64,000 bases of DNA. Source: Paraphysomonas bandaiensis (taxonomy: Eukaryota > Protista > Chrysophyceae). The translations under genes were made by a program, and so were the position numbers. The notes beneath the pieces are model-generated. The model was not told the DNA's origin and did no database searches. It worked only from the letters and a program-made list of their open reading frames with translations. Below, piece after piece: positions 26,091-39,128 of this stretch; position 1 is the first letter of the stretch; each line of letters starts with the position of its first letter. Where the stretch lies: the NCBI GenBank assembly GCA_965644295.1, contig CBFFRP010000235.1, positions 1 to 64,000 on the forward strand, read 5' to 3'.

Positions 26091-26754
26091 GATGATGTAT
26101 CTTCAACAGATACTCTCTCTAATTCAGGTCATGATATATATAATCATGTATATTGCTGAATCCTAATAGAAACCTCTACTTCTTTATCTACACTTTATTA
26201 TCAATATGTAATAATCCCTGTTGTAGACAAAATTGAGCATAATGGCCTTCTTATACATGGTTAGCCGTGTTTTATGTACCCACGATAAAGTACAGAGTGT
26301 CTCTGCTGATACTATTTTTGCCTAACATGAAGGTATAAAGTTGAGCGAATTATTGCACCACTGTAAGTACAGCGAGCAGCTGTAGAACTATTTGCAAAGA
26401 GTATGTAATCATTGCTCGCACCAACGGTACGGTATTACCTGGGAATATCTAGTGAAGACAGTAATAATAATAAGTAAATGTCACATCATATGTAATAACT
26501 ATTCTAGCAAGTTTGTTTTATTTCGCCACTATAGTTCACCAGAGCTGTAACAACTGGTACATGCTAGCTGCATGTACATCGAACCTCCTACTCTGCGACC
26601 CTGTGAAAGAAAGAATTGATAAGGTATCACTTGTGAGTATGTAATCATTCTGAAGAATAGTTAAGAGGAATATACGAAAGGGTAGCAACAGCATGCATAC
26701 AAGACAATAATACACCATACAGCAACAACCATGGCGTGAACCGACATGAAAATG

Positions 26755-27950
26755 TCATAGGCGATTGTCAGGGGAATTGGTGTCGTAGCCAACTGGGTTG
26801 CGTACATCTTTTGCAACTGGATTACCACCAAGGGTATCATCTTCCACAACTCCAACAGATGGGGTAAGCCCATCAAACAAGTCCATTATTCTGAATACTC
26901 GGCGCACCCATTCATTCCATGATATATCTGGACGATCGTTGGGATTGATGTGCGTAACGCTGCGATCACCGGCTTCTGAGGGGCTGATCTCAGAGGCAAA
27001 TGCCCAATATACAAGTAAAGAAAAGACAGAATACTCAATAAGCACAGCGAAGCCTGATAAAGCACAACTGTGAGACCCGTTGCGACAATTTTTCGTCACA
27101 ATACGTACATAGTGCCCTTTGAGCTCTCTGCTCAGCGCTATATTCATCTGTGGCTCTGATATCTAGGGTTCCGGAAGAATATAAAAGCTCTTCGATCAGC
27201 CCTTGTGCCACCATGGCTCCTACACTGACCTTGAGGAGTATGATCTTGCAAGTTCCATTGACATTCCCGCTCACATTGTAGAGGTTTTCGTCTACATGTT
27301 AGATACATATTAGAAAAGGTAGTACGCCATTGCAAAGGAACTCACAAAACATTACTATAGAGCCAAAACCGATGATGAACATGACAACAGTGCATATGTT
27401 GAAAATCATATAGCCTGCCTTGTTTCCATTATACGCAAATAACGCCGCAAGAGTTACAAAAATTGGTCGAATAGTTAAAAACTGAAATAATCCGAATTTC
27501 ACTCGATTATAAAACTTGAGGGGGTCGGAGGGACAGCAGAAGCATGGCTTACGGTCTTGAGATTTCATGATCTTGAGACACATATCTGGTCCACCTAAGT
27601 TTGCAATAATCATAGCAAAGAACCCATAGAAGGATAAGCCTGTTATATATATGTATAGTTAATAGATGGTGTGATATATGAGTATACATGACTGTATACT
27701 GCAGTCTACCTTCCGCTATGGCTATAGGAGCCTCTAGTACACCAAACAGAGAGGGGAAGGTGAGAGATAACCATAGTAAGAGAGCGTATGTTGGAAGGAA
27801 TAGTGCAATACGTGCAGTAAGAACTTGTACACGTAAACTTCCTGCTTTAAGAGTGAGATAATGGGCTCTGAGGATACCGTACCATGCCGTACAGGGAATA
27901 CACACCAACGCGATGCCTATCAACGAGTAGATGTCAATCTGTGTCCCCAT
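26755..27950 (-). CDS. TMEM184/OSTalpha-family membrane protein, 4 exons
   Basis: RIALFLPTYALLLWLS, EG..F..MII..LGG, KFGLFQFLTIRP, LLKVSVG, LIEYSVFSLLVYWAF; several TM helices. Confidence 0.8.
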
Positions 27951-28447
27951 GCTACAGTATAATGAATAGAGTAGATGGTAGAGATTTGATGAATGAGGTG
28001 TATTGGTGGGAGTTAGTTAAGATGGTTAGATATAGCTATGCATAGGCTGTGTATGTATGTGTATGTATGTACAGCAGCAGTTGATCTCGAAGCAGTCGCT
28101 CGTATGTAACTATGCATATATGGTAGCGTATATGTACGTACAGAGGTACATACCACACACAGACAACTGTCTGCTGTATGTACATGGTATACACAGTATC
28201 CTCATCATGATACTATTTGTGGACCTTCAAGGGACATAGTTTCAGTTTCTGTACCTTTCCATACGTACTACTGTAAATCAGCTGTATAGATATCCATGTA
28301 CCACTCCACACGTACATGTACCTCTATATACACATATACACACAAGAATATTCATAGCTACGCTACCTCCCACTGCTCTCTACTAGACTCTCCTCTGCAT
28401 TATCTTACACTTCCACTGATCACAACCACACTCCAATACAGTCATAC

Positions 28448-29703
28448 ATGTCAGTATTTCGTGGCTCTTTAATCCGATGCAGCTCATCTCCCGATGCTCC
28501 CTTTATCGATATATATGACCGTGTAAAGTATGAAACATCAGGCTCTCCATCTCTCTATAGTCGTCAATGGTATCGATATACTAATACACCCTCACAATGT
28601 TCTATTCGTGTTATGCAATTCAATATACTTGCTGAGGGTCTGTCAGCAAGCCCTCAGAACACTCCTCCCTTCTCTGTGACTCTAGATGGGAGCCCGATAC
28701 AGGCATCTGACTATGGAGGGTTTGATATCGACAATAATGCAGATGATATTTTTGATTTTAATAAACATCGAAGATGGAAATTACTTCAGGAGATATTCAG
28801 AGTGTCTCCCGATATTCTTGCTTTGGAGGAATGCGATCATTTTGCTGATTTCTTTGAGCCTGCTCTGGCAGCTGCTGGTTATGAGGTCTAGTTTTCACTT
28901 TGCATCACGTATACTTCACTTATCAATGTTGTAGGGTATATTCCAGCCAAAGGATAATTCTCCTTGTTGTAAATTTGGGTATTACAGTGACGGTGTGGCT
29001 CTCTTCTGGCGCTCGTCGGTATTGTCTCTCATACAGGACCCATCTGACCCGCAAAAGCCGCAGTTTGTTTATGCCGCTGCGGGTCCATGTGCTCATGTAG
29101 TTGTGACTCTTCAACATTCCAGCGGAAGTCGTATCACAGTAGGAGCAACTCATCTTAAGGCTAAAGCAGGAGATGCACTTGAGGCGCTTCGAGAACAGCA
29201 AATTGCGCAGGTCCTCGACACTCTAGAGCTACTTGGAGCACAGAGTTCGGCATCGCATGCGATCCTAATGGGAGATTTTAACGCCGAACCGTATGATACA
29301 GACCGTAACGCAGCCATGGCCGTACCCCTCGCACTAGAGTGGCGAGACGGGGCCCTTCGTAGCGCCTATTGTTTGCCTACCGGTGAGTTTTCCATTGCAT
29401 CTATGGGCCTAAGTATTCCCTTCTTAGTCTTAGTACAGTGTTGTGTATGCACTGAATGAAACATGTCTCATATTTTTTGTAGAACCAGGATCGGACCAAT
29501 ATACTACTTGGAAGTCTAGAGAAGGCACGTGTGCACGTCGCGTTATAGATTATATCTTGCACACTCAGGGCATGAGGGTAAGCGGAGTCCTCGCCCCCCC
29601 AGCTGTTGATGAAATATCTCAGAGCACCTACAAATTGCCAGACATGCGTTATCCTAGTGATCATCTAGCAATTGCGGCAGATTTAGAACTTCTTGAAAGA
29701 TAA
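28448..29703 (+). CDS. NOCT: Nocturnin-like EEP phosphatase, 3 exons
   Basis: MQFNILAEGLS, PDILALEECDHF, DGVALFW, ATHLKA, MGDFNAEP, YTTWK, IDYI, YPSDHL. Confidence 0.88.
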
Positions 29704-29745
29704 CGTGTATAAACAAGAGATTCACTGTGATGCTGACATCTCTAT

Positions 29746-30340
29746 CAGGGCTAGGAAACAATATATTGCAATACTATTGATAGATAGCGTTCCAACAATA
29801 CTATTGATGGAGATTTTAAACAGGCTCAACAAAAAATTACAATATATTGCAATATATTAGTATGACTAATCAGTAAGTAAACACATCCGTAGATTCCATT
29901 TTTAGTATTTGTCATTAAGATCTTATGACAACCAAACCCACAACTGCTTATAGCTACTAAAAATCCACCTCGTTCTCATCCTCTGAGCCATCATCGCTGA
30001 CGTCAACATCACCATATTCATCCAAAATTAATTCTTAGGCTGCTTAAACTTCCCCATGAGTAGGTCTACGTGCCGAATGAGAGGTCTAATGCCTTGGTCA
30101 GGTGTTGTCACAACTCCTTCCTTATTTCGCTTCTCTTTTCTCCCGAGGAGTTCATTGTCCGCAAGGTTAAGTTGATGAGATGACATCCAACTAGGGGCAC
30201 ACCTATACACTATTGAAAAGTTATAACAGACGACGGTTTTACTCAAACAAAGGTATTACCGGAATCGTTTGCCAGCTTTCTGTTTGTAGCACAGTTGTCC
30301 CCCAAAACTCAACAAACATTATCAGCATTAACCACTCTAC
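29746..30340 (-). mobile_element. Degenerate hAT-like transposon (TIR plus intron-containing transposase remnant)
   Basis: TIR CAGGGCTAGGAAACAATATATTG at 29746; minus strand LGDNCATNRKLANDS|intron|GVPLVGC..SHQLNLA (hAT CxxH region, frameshifted); homologous to 49400-49600. Confidence 0.7.
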
Positions 30341-30927
30341 CCACTCTCAAAAATGTTTTTGCTTTGCCCGAAGGTTGGAAAACAAAAGCATCCATGGGAC
30401 CGTTGGTGCAGACAACCCGGAAAATACTTCTTCATGGAATCTTCCCACTCACCATCATACATGTGACGATGTGTGGTTCTTCAAGCTGTTGTAGCCATTC
30501 GATATCTTCTGTACTCGTATGCGTCCACAGACTTTGTATTCGTGCTTGTTTGGTTCACCTTCAACCGAACTCCAAAAACAGCGGTAAATATCTCTACTTT
30601 TGTATGCATTCATCGTTCAGATGTCTCTTCTTATCACTATAGGAAAATCTATATACGAGAATTTTAGTTGGTTGTACTCTTAGCTTATATAGATTTTTGA
30701 TATCCTTACTCTATGTTACTACCCACCACTCTTTGCTGAAAAGGTATTTCATACTAAATTACATTCACAAATATTTCATATTCATAAAGAAAGTAGTCAT
30801 TATGATAGCTATATTTAACCATGGGCTCTTAGAATGATATATATAGATATATAGAAGTTGGTGATATATGATATACCGTTGTGTGGTTGCTTGTTGCCGG
30901 GTTAGTATGATGCTATATCGTCCCGGG

Positions 30928-31103
30928 CAGAGCTAGGGAATAATTTATTGAAATGCAATATATTATAAATTATAAAATATATTGATTGGTGAACCGGCCA
31001 AAATTCCATCAATACTCTTGACGGAACGCAGTCTACTATCTAGCAACTAACAATGGTATTGCTATATATCTATATACTATATATTGTACTCTAGGCAGCC
31101 CTG
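30928..31103. mobile_element. MITE derived from the same hAT family
   Basis: Begins CAGAGCTAGGGAA and ends ..CTAGGCAGCCCTG; flanks GTCCCGGG / ATCTCGGG match 6 of 8 (hAT-length TSD); subterminal sequence matches 49740-49804. Confidence 0.65.
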
Positions 31104-31553
31104 ATCTCGGGGCTACATCAAATGAGTGTTCTATTAAATATTAAACCAACAATTAAAAAAAACATATTTTAAATTTGCGTTTTCTCGGCAAACTTGGGGT
31201 AAGAAGTATATTGGTATCAACAATAACGAGTTATACAATATTAACTTCGGAAAAACGTAGGACCATTGAATGAGTGACGCATATTTTATTCCTCTAAAAC
31301 ACCAAACAAAATTGTCCACAAGTTTCATTATTACGTCACAGACTGCATTCATAGTGCAGTAAGCACCCACTTGCATAAAACTAAACATGTATAGGCTATC
31401 ATTTCCATGATATAGCATTCTAAATGCTACAGCTCCAGTAATGCAAAGGCATATGCTGTACAAAATAGTCGAGGTAACTTATTATACAACTTGTTCTACT
31501 GCGTGGTAGGTCATTGGCCATCCTACGTGTATTTACAAGCGTCAACATAGAGA

Positions 31554-32447
31554 CTAATTCATATCTTCGGGGAGTATCTGCGTATTTATTGTCTCCCCGT
31601 CGTTTCCTGTGCCCTCTGAATCAGTAAGATAAGCTCTTAACTGATCTGGAGCCGCACCGGAGGATGGGTGGTATGGCCACCGCCAGACAAAATCTTCTCC
31701 AGATCCTCCCAAGGTAGATGGAATCTGGCTATCGTCAATTTCTTCCCGCAGTGTGTCAAGGAAGTCAGTCGTTAATATACGTATTTTCTTTGCGGTCACA
31801 GGATCGATGAATGCGCTTACAAGGGCGTATATGGCTGCAAAGTACCATGGTGCATTGATAAGATATATAGTTTGCAGTCTTTCGGGATAATAAGCTTGAT
31901 CTAGGAGCAGAACTTTCCTAACATAGTCCAGGCCCATCAAATCCGGTACCATGCGCAATTCGTCCAAATCGAATACAACCACCATTTTAGATATATCCTT
32001 GTTGTGCTTCTTTGCACAGTGTTTTAAGCGTATCAACATAATAGTTTGCTGCCTAATGTGTCTGGCTATAAGATAATCCATATCGAAGTGCTGCTTGACC
32101 TGATCCATGCGGGCCTCCGCAAATCCCGTTTTCTCCCAGTAAATAGGATGTCCCGCTTTATCTTCCCCATGCATTGCATGAGGACAAAGATCTCCAACTA
32201 ACTCCTCATGAGGATCTAGAAACCTCTCCATAGTAAATATATTAGCCGGTGTTGCTCCATTATATGCATTAAGTGGGGTATTATACCACTCCCACCACTC
32301 ACTTGCCATTACTGCTGCTTTATTTGTATCCATCTTTCTTGCAATAATAAACCGCATACAATCGTTGTCAGACAAAGCCTGATTAACGTCCGTCTTAATG
32401 TTTGAACGGAATGTATGAATAAGCTTGATATCAACTGAATCACACAT
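31554..32447 (-). CDS. Sec14/CRAL-TRIO lipid-binding protein
   Basis: RFIIARK, HGEDKAGHPIYWEKTG, VVFDL, YYPERLQTIYLINAPWYF, FIDPVTAKKI, IPSTLGG. Confidence 0.92.
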   Translation of the reverse strand: MCDSVDIKLIHTFRSNIKTDVNQALSDNDCMRFIIARKMDTNKAAVMASEWWEWYNTPLNAYNGATPANIFTMERFLDPHEELVGDLCPHAMHGEDKAGHPIYWEKTGFAEARMDQVKQHFDMDYLIARHIRQQTIMLIRLKHCAKKHNKDISKMVVVFDLDELRMVPDLMGLDYVRKVLLLDQAYYPERLQTIYLINAPWYFAAIYALVSAFIDPVTAKKIRILTTDFLDTLREEIDDSQIPSTLGGSGEDFVWRWPYHPSSGAAPDQLRAYLTDSEGTGNDGETINTQILPEDMN

Positions 32448-33030
32448 ATCTCTATAGGGTGGATTATACTGGCATTACAGGAAGATTCATATACTGTTGA
32501 GATGGTATGGTGTTTCTACTATGTGATGGTGTATGGTATCGATAGCTATGTATATATATATACATGTGTGTGTGTATAAAGGGCATAGTGCGAAGTATTA
32601 CTACCTTCAGTACATATATATACAGAAGTATACAGCAGTATGTGATGCTGTCGAGTCAGACAAAAATGAAAATTTCATGTATTTTATATAAATTTTTCGT
32701 AAATTTTGTCGTTTTTTTATGTATGTAATTTCTACATTTTATATCGTAAATACAGTTGTATTACAATAATACCTATTGAAGTATACAGGGAGACGGGTAG
32801 TTGAGTGGGCCGGTACCGTGCAGGTATAAAATATACGGGTAGTTGAACGGACGGTTGAATATGAACACCAAGGCTGCAAGCTCTGCAGGATAGCATCCTA
32901 ATTGCACTCAAGAAGCCAACAGTGTAACTTAACACCATGCCCATTGCCCACGGCATGGTTTGTACCCATCAATCATGCTTATTAATCACATTCATTCCTC
33001 ATATTTCTTGTATGATCTGCAGTATCGAGT

Positions 33031-36000
33031 ATGCAAAGAGGAGCAAATATACAGGCGGTTACTACGGGTGCAGTGGATGTGGAACTCGGAACCAAGAGTC
33101 ACGATGCACGTGATACTGTGACATCTAATTCAGATGGAGAATATTCGTGTAATTTAGAGTCAAAGTGGCGACGAAACGTCTTAACGGCCCTGAGATGCAA
33201 AGAAGCAGTCAGTCTAACACCTTCACTGTTTGCATGGTTATGTAAAGCCCCGGAAGAGGTATCAGACAGTGGACCTCAATACAAAGACTTCAAAGAACAC
33301 CTACTTTCTGTATGCAACATATCTGCTCTTTTCTCGACAAATGTTAACGAGGAAGATGTAAATCGTAGCAAAGGTCTAAGTGACATCGTTGCGCTAGAAA
33401 GGCTCAGCAAGGATGGGTATAACAGTAATTATTTAACAACTGATCCCGGACCGTTCTGGGTGTTTTTATTACTTCAGCTTGCAGATAGTTTTAGTTTGAT
33501 TCCAGCAGTTGTAGGAGGGGGTCTGGTATTATTATACTATCTCTATCCTGATATACCAACAGAGTGGGTCTATACTGGTATTGTATTTACCGTTGCTACT
33601 GTCACCAGTGCTATTGATACGGCTACTCGAGACTACAAAACCGCGTCTTTGTGTTCTATGTCTTCATCGTTTTCCCCGAATAACGTGCAAGTTATCCGAG
33701 GAGGGGCCAAGCGCGCCCTAAAGACTTCAATGTTAGTTCCTGGTGATCTTCTATGTCTTTCTGCTGGGGACACATTAGCAGCGGATTGTCGTGCTGTGTG
33801 GTGCAGTCCATCAGGTGTTATTATGGACCGCCGGGGTATTTTAGATGAAATGGAGTGTGTTAGCGTTACAGCGCGAGCCCAGACAGATAAAGTTTCTTTC
33901 ATGAATTCCCGCAACATCCTCCTTCACAGCACTCGCATTGTCAAGGGCAAATGTGTAGCAATCGTCCTTCGCACTGGGCCAAATACCGCTTTCAGCATTT
34001 TAAATCGACAATTGGCTACACTCAAGCCTCGATCTTCATCCATCAAGAAAGAAGTGAAGGAGTATGTGTACAGGAACTGGGAGTGGGCTCTAGTCGTGAC
34101 TCTCGGTCTTCTACTGGTTGGCGTGGTGAGGGGCATGCCACTCCTCACAACTACGATCACCTGTATCTTTGGTACGTCCGTCTCATGTTTTACTTTGTTA
34201 TATAGGCATTCTTATGAGTGGAATGTTGTGTTGGTAAATCTACCGCTTAATGCTATTGATTAGTAATATGTGAGCTCTTCGCATACCTAACTTGTGATGA
34301 CAGTTGGAGGTTTTTCTGTTACCCCACTAAGTCTCCCATCATTCGTCTCGACAGCTCTACTTTCTGCGGTGGATCATCTGAGATCTACTTCTATTGGGGT
34401 ACATACACAGGACACGCATGCCGTACTTTCTTCCGGTACATGCACGGCACTCTGTCTGGATACAGCAGCTCTAGTCGACGACAAGTTTCAAGTGTCTCGA
34501 ATTTGGGTAGGCATCCCTACACCTATCAGCAACAGAACAAAGGGTCGGGCAAGTGAAAAACATGCCAGTGTTACTCCATCGTTTTTAGCCTACCAGCATC
34601 TCCTTCACAAGATCCTATTAGAGGCAGCTTACTTCGGAATAGAGGAGACGTCTGAAGTATACGCTGAAGAGTGTACTGAAAAGCATCGCGCTCTGAATTC
34701 TGGTCTCTACAGGTGTTATTTTCGAAACATGTCCTTTAATAATTTTTTCTTCTAGACACTGCATTCATATGCTGCGAAATGATTATGAGGAGACAGTTAC
34801 ACATGGGGATGTAGATATGATGTCCTTGTATCCTAACTCAAAATGCGAAGAGGATACTGATGATGGTACGGCAATGCCGATTTCAGAAGCTTCAAGTTTG
34901 AGTTCTTCTCGACCTTCGCAATCGTCTACGGAGACAGGGTCACTCAACTATCGGAGAGTAGGCGATGTTGTGTACTCTCCTAGTGTGTGTGTATCCGTTG
35001 CCGACATTTCACGGCAATCATCCAACTGTACTGAGACTTATCTGCAGCTTGGTGCACTGTCTTCTACATTAGCTTCCCCTGCAGTGTCTCATACAGTGTA
35101 TCTTTTGACGGTTCGAGGTGACCCTGAAAGTGTTTTGCAGCGAAGCTCTCATTATCTCCACGACAGTGGTGGAAAAGACTCTGAGATATCCGCTGCTGTT
35201 ATCAACAGAGAGTTCAAAGATATGGTCCGCAAGCAGTGTGAATCCTTCAGAAATCAGGTGGAAATATGTCTTGTAACACGTTAGTATTGAAATTTTTTTG
35301 ATGAATTACTTATTAGGGCCATGATGTTGTTGCTATTGCAATCAAGGTTTTTACTCGGCCTGTGCCGACCGTTGTTGGTGATGCATACTGTCGTGATCTT
35401 CAGACCACATGTTTGGTATCCTGTAGTCCCGTGTCGAATTTATGCTTCGTGGGCAAGTGGCATAATTTTTTGCATTTGTATTTCTTACTCTACCGTTGAT
35501 ATAGGAATGTTCAGTCTTTCCCGCGATGTTGTACAGGGTGCTGTAGAAGCTATAACTAATTGCCACACTGGTGGTGTGAAGTTAGTGCTGTTCAGCGACA
35601 ATAACCCCACCATCACTGAGGCTATTGCACGTAGCGTCGGGGTATATACGGATCCCCCAATAGAAGAAACTGCTCCAAGCAGTTTCATGGGACTTCCTGC
35701 TGTAGTCCCAGGTCCCGCCCTGGATTCAATGCCAGACGCCATGTGGGATGAGTTGCTCAGACGGCGAGATATAGTATTTTCGGGGTTGTCTGCTATACAA
35801 AAAGAATCGGTAGTTTCCAGACTTTCCAAAAACGATCACTCTGTGGCAGTAGTTGGTGCAGGCGTTAACGACCTGCTGGCAATGAAGTGAGTGTTTTTGC
35901 AATACTTTATTTGCTATTTAGTGATATCGTTTCCAGGCAAGCTACCGTAGCTGCTGTCGTTGGCAGGTGTGCTAGTCCTGTTGTGAGGAATTTTGCTGGA

Positions 36001-36941
36001 ATATTGCTTACCCTCAACAGCGCTTCTGGTATGGTATCCTGTATTGAAGAAGGTCGCCTGATACGCAGGAATCTCCGAAAGAATATTGTATACTCTGCTT
36101 CGCACGTTGTTCCTCAACTATTGGCATGTGCGCTGTGGGTATCGCTCGGGGCTCCTCTGCCACTAGGAATGGTACTCAGTGTTTGCCTTATTGCAATTGT
36201 TGAGGTGTGTGTTCTGTTAATGCTAGAAATGCATAAAGTTATTGCTCTACAACTGCAGTTTTTTCCTTCGACGTCTTTGGCTTTTGAGCGGACAGAAACC
36301 ACAATGAAGCTATCTTCTCACTGCGACCATCTTACCGCTCTTGTATCCTGGAGAGCAGTATTCTACGCAGTTGGACAAGTAGGCACTATTACATCAGGGA
36401 TATGTGTGTTATTATACTTTCATGTAAGCAGAGTGTGATATCTTATTTATTTACTTGTTTTTTCATGTTACGCTTCCAGGTGTTTAATTCGCACGGTGTG
36501 AGTGTCCTAGAAGTACTGTATAATGACAATGAGTTTTTCCCTTCTGAAAAAAGTGTGGACGTGGATGGTGGGGACGTACTTACCTCTTCGGAACAGTGGG
36601 ACGTCTTATATGAGGCCCAGTGTGCGTGGTTTTTGGGCATAGTTCTCTGTCAGGCAGCTCACGTGTTTTCCATCCGCACGACGCTGCTATCTATTATTGA
36701 CAACGGTATTCTCGTTAACATTGCTGTCAGTGTGGGAGCTGTGTCTGCAGTGGCGATTGCCTTAGTGATTGTATTTGTGCCAATACTACAGGCGTATGGA
36801 GGGACTCGTCCACTACCTACGCCTCTTGTGCTTTTGGCAGCTGGGGCTGCCATGGCGTTTGTATGGACATTCACGGAAGCAAGGAAATGTGTACTGAGGT
36901 ATTACCCGACATCTAGAGTGGGTTCTATTCTGACCTGGTAA
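33031..36941 (+). CDS. Na+/K+-ATPase alpha-like (P2C) protein with degenerate catalytic motifs, multi-exon
   Basis: Colinear with P2C pumps (LVPGDLL..GD....AD.R, TGPNT, NLCFVG, AIARSVGV, GAGVND, EEGRLI..NLRK, PLPLG); in-frame splicing including a GC-AG intron at 35453-35504. Confidence 0.85.
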
Positions 36942-37698
36942 AAAACTTTATCGTTTGTCTATATCTGAATTTACCATTAGTTGTACGAAACTATATACCG
37001 AATGATTATTTCTAATATTTTATTTATATCGCAAAGAATAATGCACGTTTCTACTTAAATTATAACTGGTAAACATAAGAGTGTTTGCGTCTGGAGTTTT
37101 ACATGCCTCATCACATTCACGCCACTATCTGTGTGTTATGTTTTACTATGTTTTTTACACACCAAACGACAATTCAGTTGCAGTGCACCTTTTCGTTGGA
37201 GCCCATGTTGACTAATAAAATTAAATCAATCACACTGGAAAAGTGAAATATAACTCAGACATTCTAAACTATTTTATAACTTTAGGGCTAGCACGTCCGC
37301 AAGTACACCTTCTTTTGACAATTACAAAATTATAACAAATATATTTCGGCAAAGCATTTTGTTTTCTTGTAATATGTTTATTATTGATTACTATTCTATT
37401 TCTCAATATTCGGTTGCTATTCTACATAAAATATAGAATTAGGATACCAAACACGATATATTCCACCACCGGGTAGTTGCTATGGCGAAATGCAGAGCAT
37501 ATCTACAAGAGAAACAGAAAAATAGTATCAAAGCATTGCTTAGGTACTAGTACATTGGTACTGTAACTCAAAAGTAACTCCTCCACCAGTTGTAGGTGGT
37601 TTCACCGTCACGGAAAAGGATACATGTAAGCAATAACAACGAAAACGACTACACAAAAACTTCCTGTAGGTGGAACCCAGTCATAGTGGCTATATTGT

Positions 37699-38646
37699 TT
37701 AGCACTGAAACTGCTCCTTCCACTGTGCCAAGAGTTCTAGACTTACAATACTTCCCCCACAAACTACTACTACAACATCCTTTCTATCGCCCAATTCTGA
37801 CTCAATGCGAGATCGGACTTCACTACTTCTTAGAGCAGCCAAGGAAGCACCACATGCAGGCTCGACCAACATACGGTGCTCGTCCGCGAATCGTAATAGC
37901 GCTTCAACAGCATCTCTATCCGACACAACAACAGGTTGAGTTTTAACAGGTGTCCTGAGTGTGGCATCCGTCACGGCCAGAGCACCTAAACTAGTCGCTA
38001 TGCTAGTAATAGCTTCCAGAGCTACAGGGGCACCATTGGCGTGTGCGGCAGCGTAGCTTGCAGCACCTTCTGTCTCACAAGCATATACATTTACATCTGT
38101 CCACCCATGCCTTTCCAGCCCTTTCTGAACGCCGCACAGAAGACCCCCGCCCCCCACACTTAACACAATGGCTCCAGGATGAACCCCACTCTCGGCAAGT
38201 TCGTCTATTATAGTTGAGTGACCTTCCCACAGGAGGGGATGATCATAGGGGGGGATGTAGAACGCCCCACTCTCGTCCTCTACGGCCTGTCGAGCAAGTT
38301 TGTCGGCTGCATTCCAATTGGCACCATGGACAACTACATTCGCCCCTTTAGATTTCAGTTTCGTAACCATCATATCTTTGGTAGTCACAGGCACATATAC
38401 ATCCACAGGTAACCCGACAAACTGTCCCACTGTTGCAACAGAATGACCAGCATTTCCTCCACTTGAACTTATGAGTTTTTCCACGTTGTTAGTTTTCATT
38501 AGTTCAGATATCATATGTGAGATACCCCTATCTTTGAATGAACCTGACGGCTGTAAATTATCTAACTTCAAGTACACATTGCTGATATTTGATCCAGCTA
38601 ACTTTCCTGCTGGAATGAGTGGAGTAATTCGATGAAATCTCGCCAT
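37699..38646 (-). CDS. SDS: L-serine/L-threonine dehydratase (PLP fold type II)
   Basis: LQPSGSFKDRG, SSGGNAG, SVGGGGLL, SIATSLGA, VEPACGA, VCGG. Confidence 0.92.
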   Translation of the reverse strand: MARFHRITPLIPAGKLAGSNISNVYLKLDNLQPSGSFKDRGISHMISELMKTNNVEKLISSSGGNAGHSVATVGQFVGLPVDVYVPVTTKDMMVTKLKSKGANVVVHGANWNAADKLARQAVEDESGAFYIPPYDHPLLWEGHSTIIDELAESGVHPGAIVLSVGGGGLLCGVQKGLERHGWTDVNVYACETEGAASYAAAHANGAPVALEAITSIATSLGALAVTDATLRTPVKTQPVVVSDRDAVEALLRFADEHRMLVEPACGASLAALRSSEVRSRIESELGDRKDVVVVVCGGSIVSLELLAQWKEQFQC

Positions 38647-39128
38647 AGCTTATCCAAACACACTCAAAGTCAACAATTACTTGTGAGCATAAATAAGAAT
38701 CTCACAGTGAAATATATGCAAGAATGTTTTCTTTGCAAGGCAGTAGGATGCAATGCATGCATGATCTGGTTACATGAAACTGGAAATTGTGCGGCTGAAA
38801 AAGCATCCGTCGTAGATGTAGCCCGTTCGAAAAAGAAACGGATGTGATATATGAGGACTAAGTTTCGGATCTGTTGGACCGTATACGGGCTACACTGAGA
38901 TTATGGAGTGGCTATCATATCAGCATCTTTGTATATTTTTGTTCCAAGATGCCTCTACTATTGAGACAATAATTATGTGTATTCCAGCCGTAGTTGTATA
39001 TCAGTAATATAGAGAATATTTGCTTCAATTTATTCCCGAAAACTAAGATGCTGACTGCTCATATGATAGATGCATATATATACACACCATTAACTGAACT
39101 CCTTCCTCCATATATCACACCCATCATC

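Noticed and set aside
25861-26106. ORFs within the retroelement copies (also 42557-42862 and 41897-42079)
   Set aside because: Frames are not conserved between copies and no RT or endonuclease motif is present.
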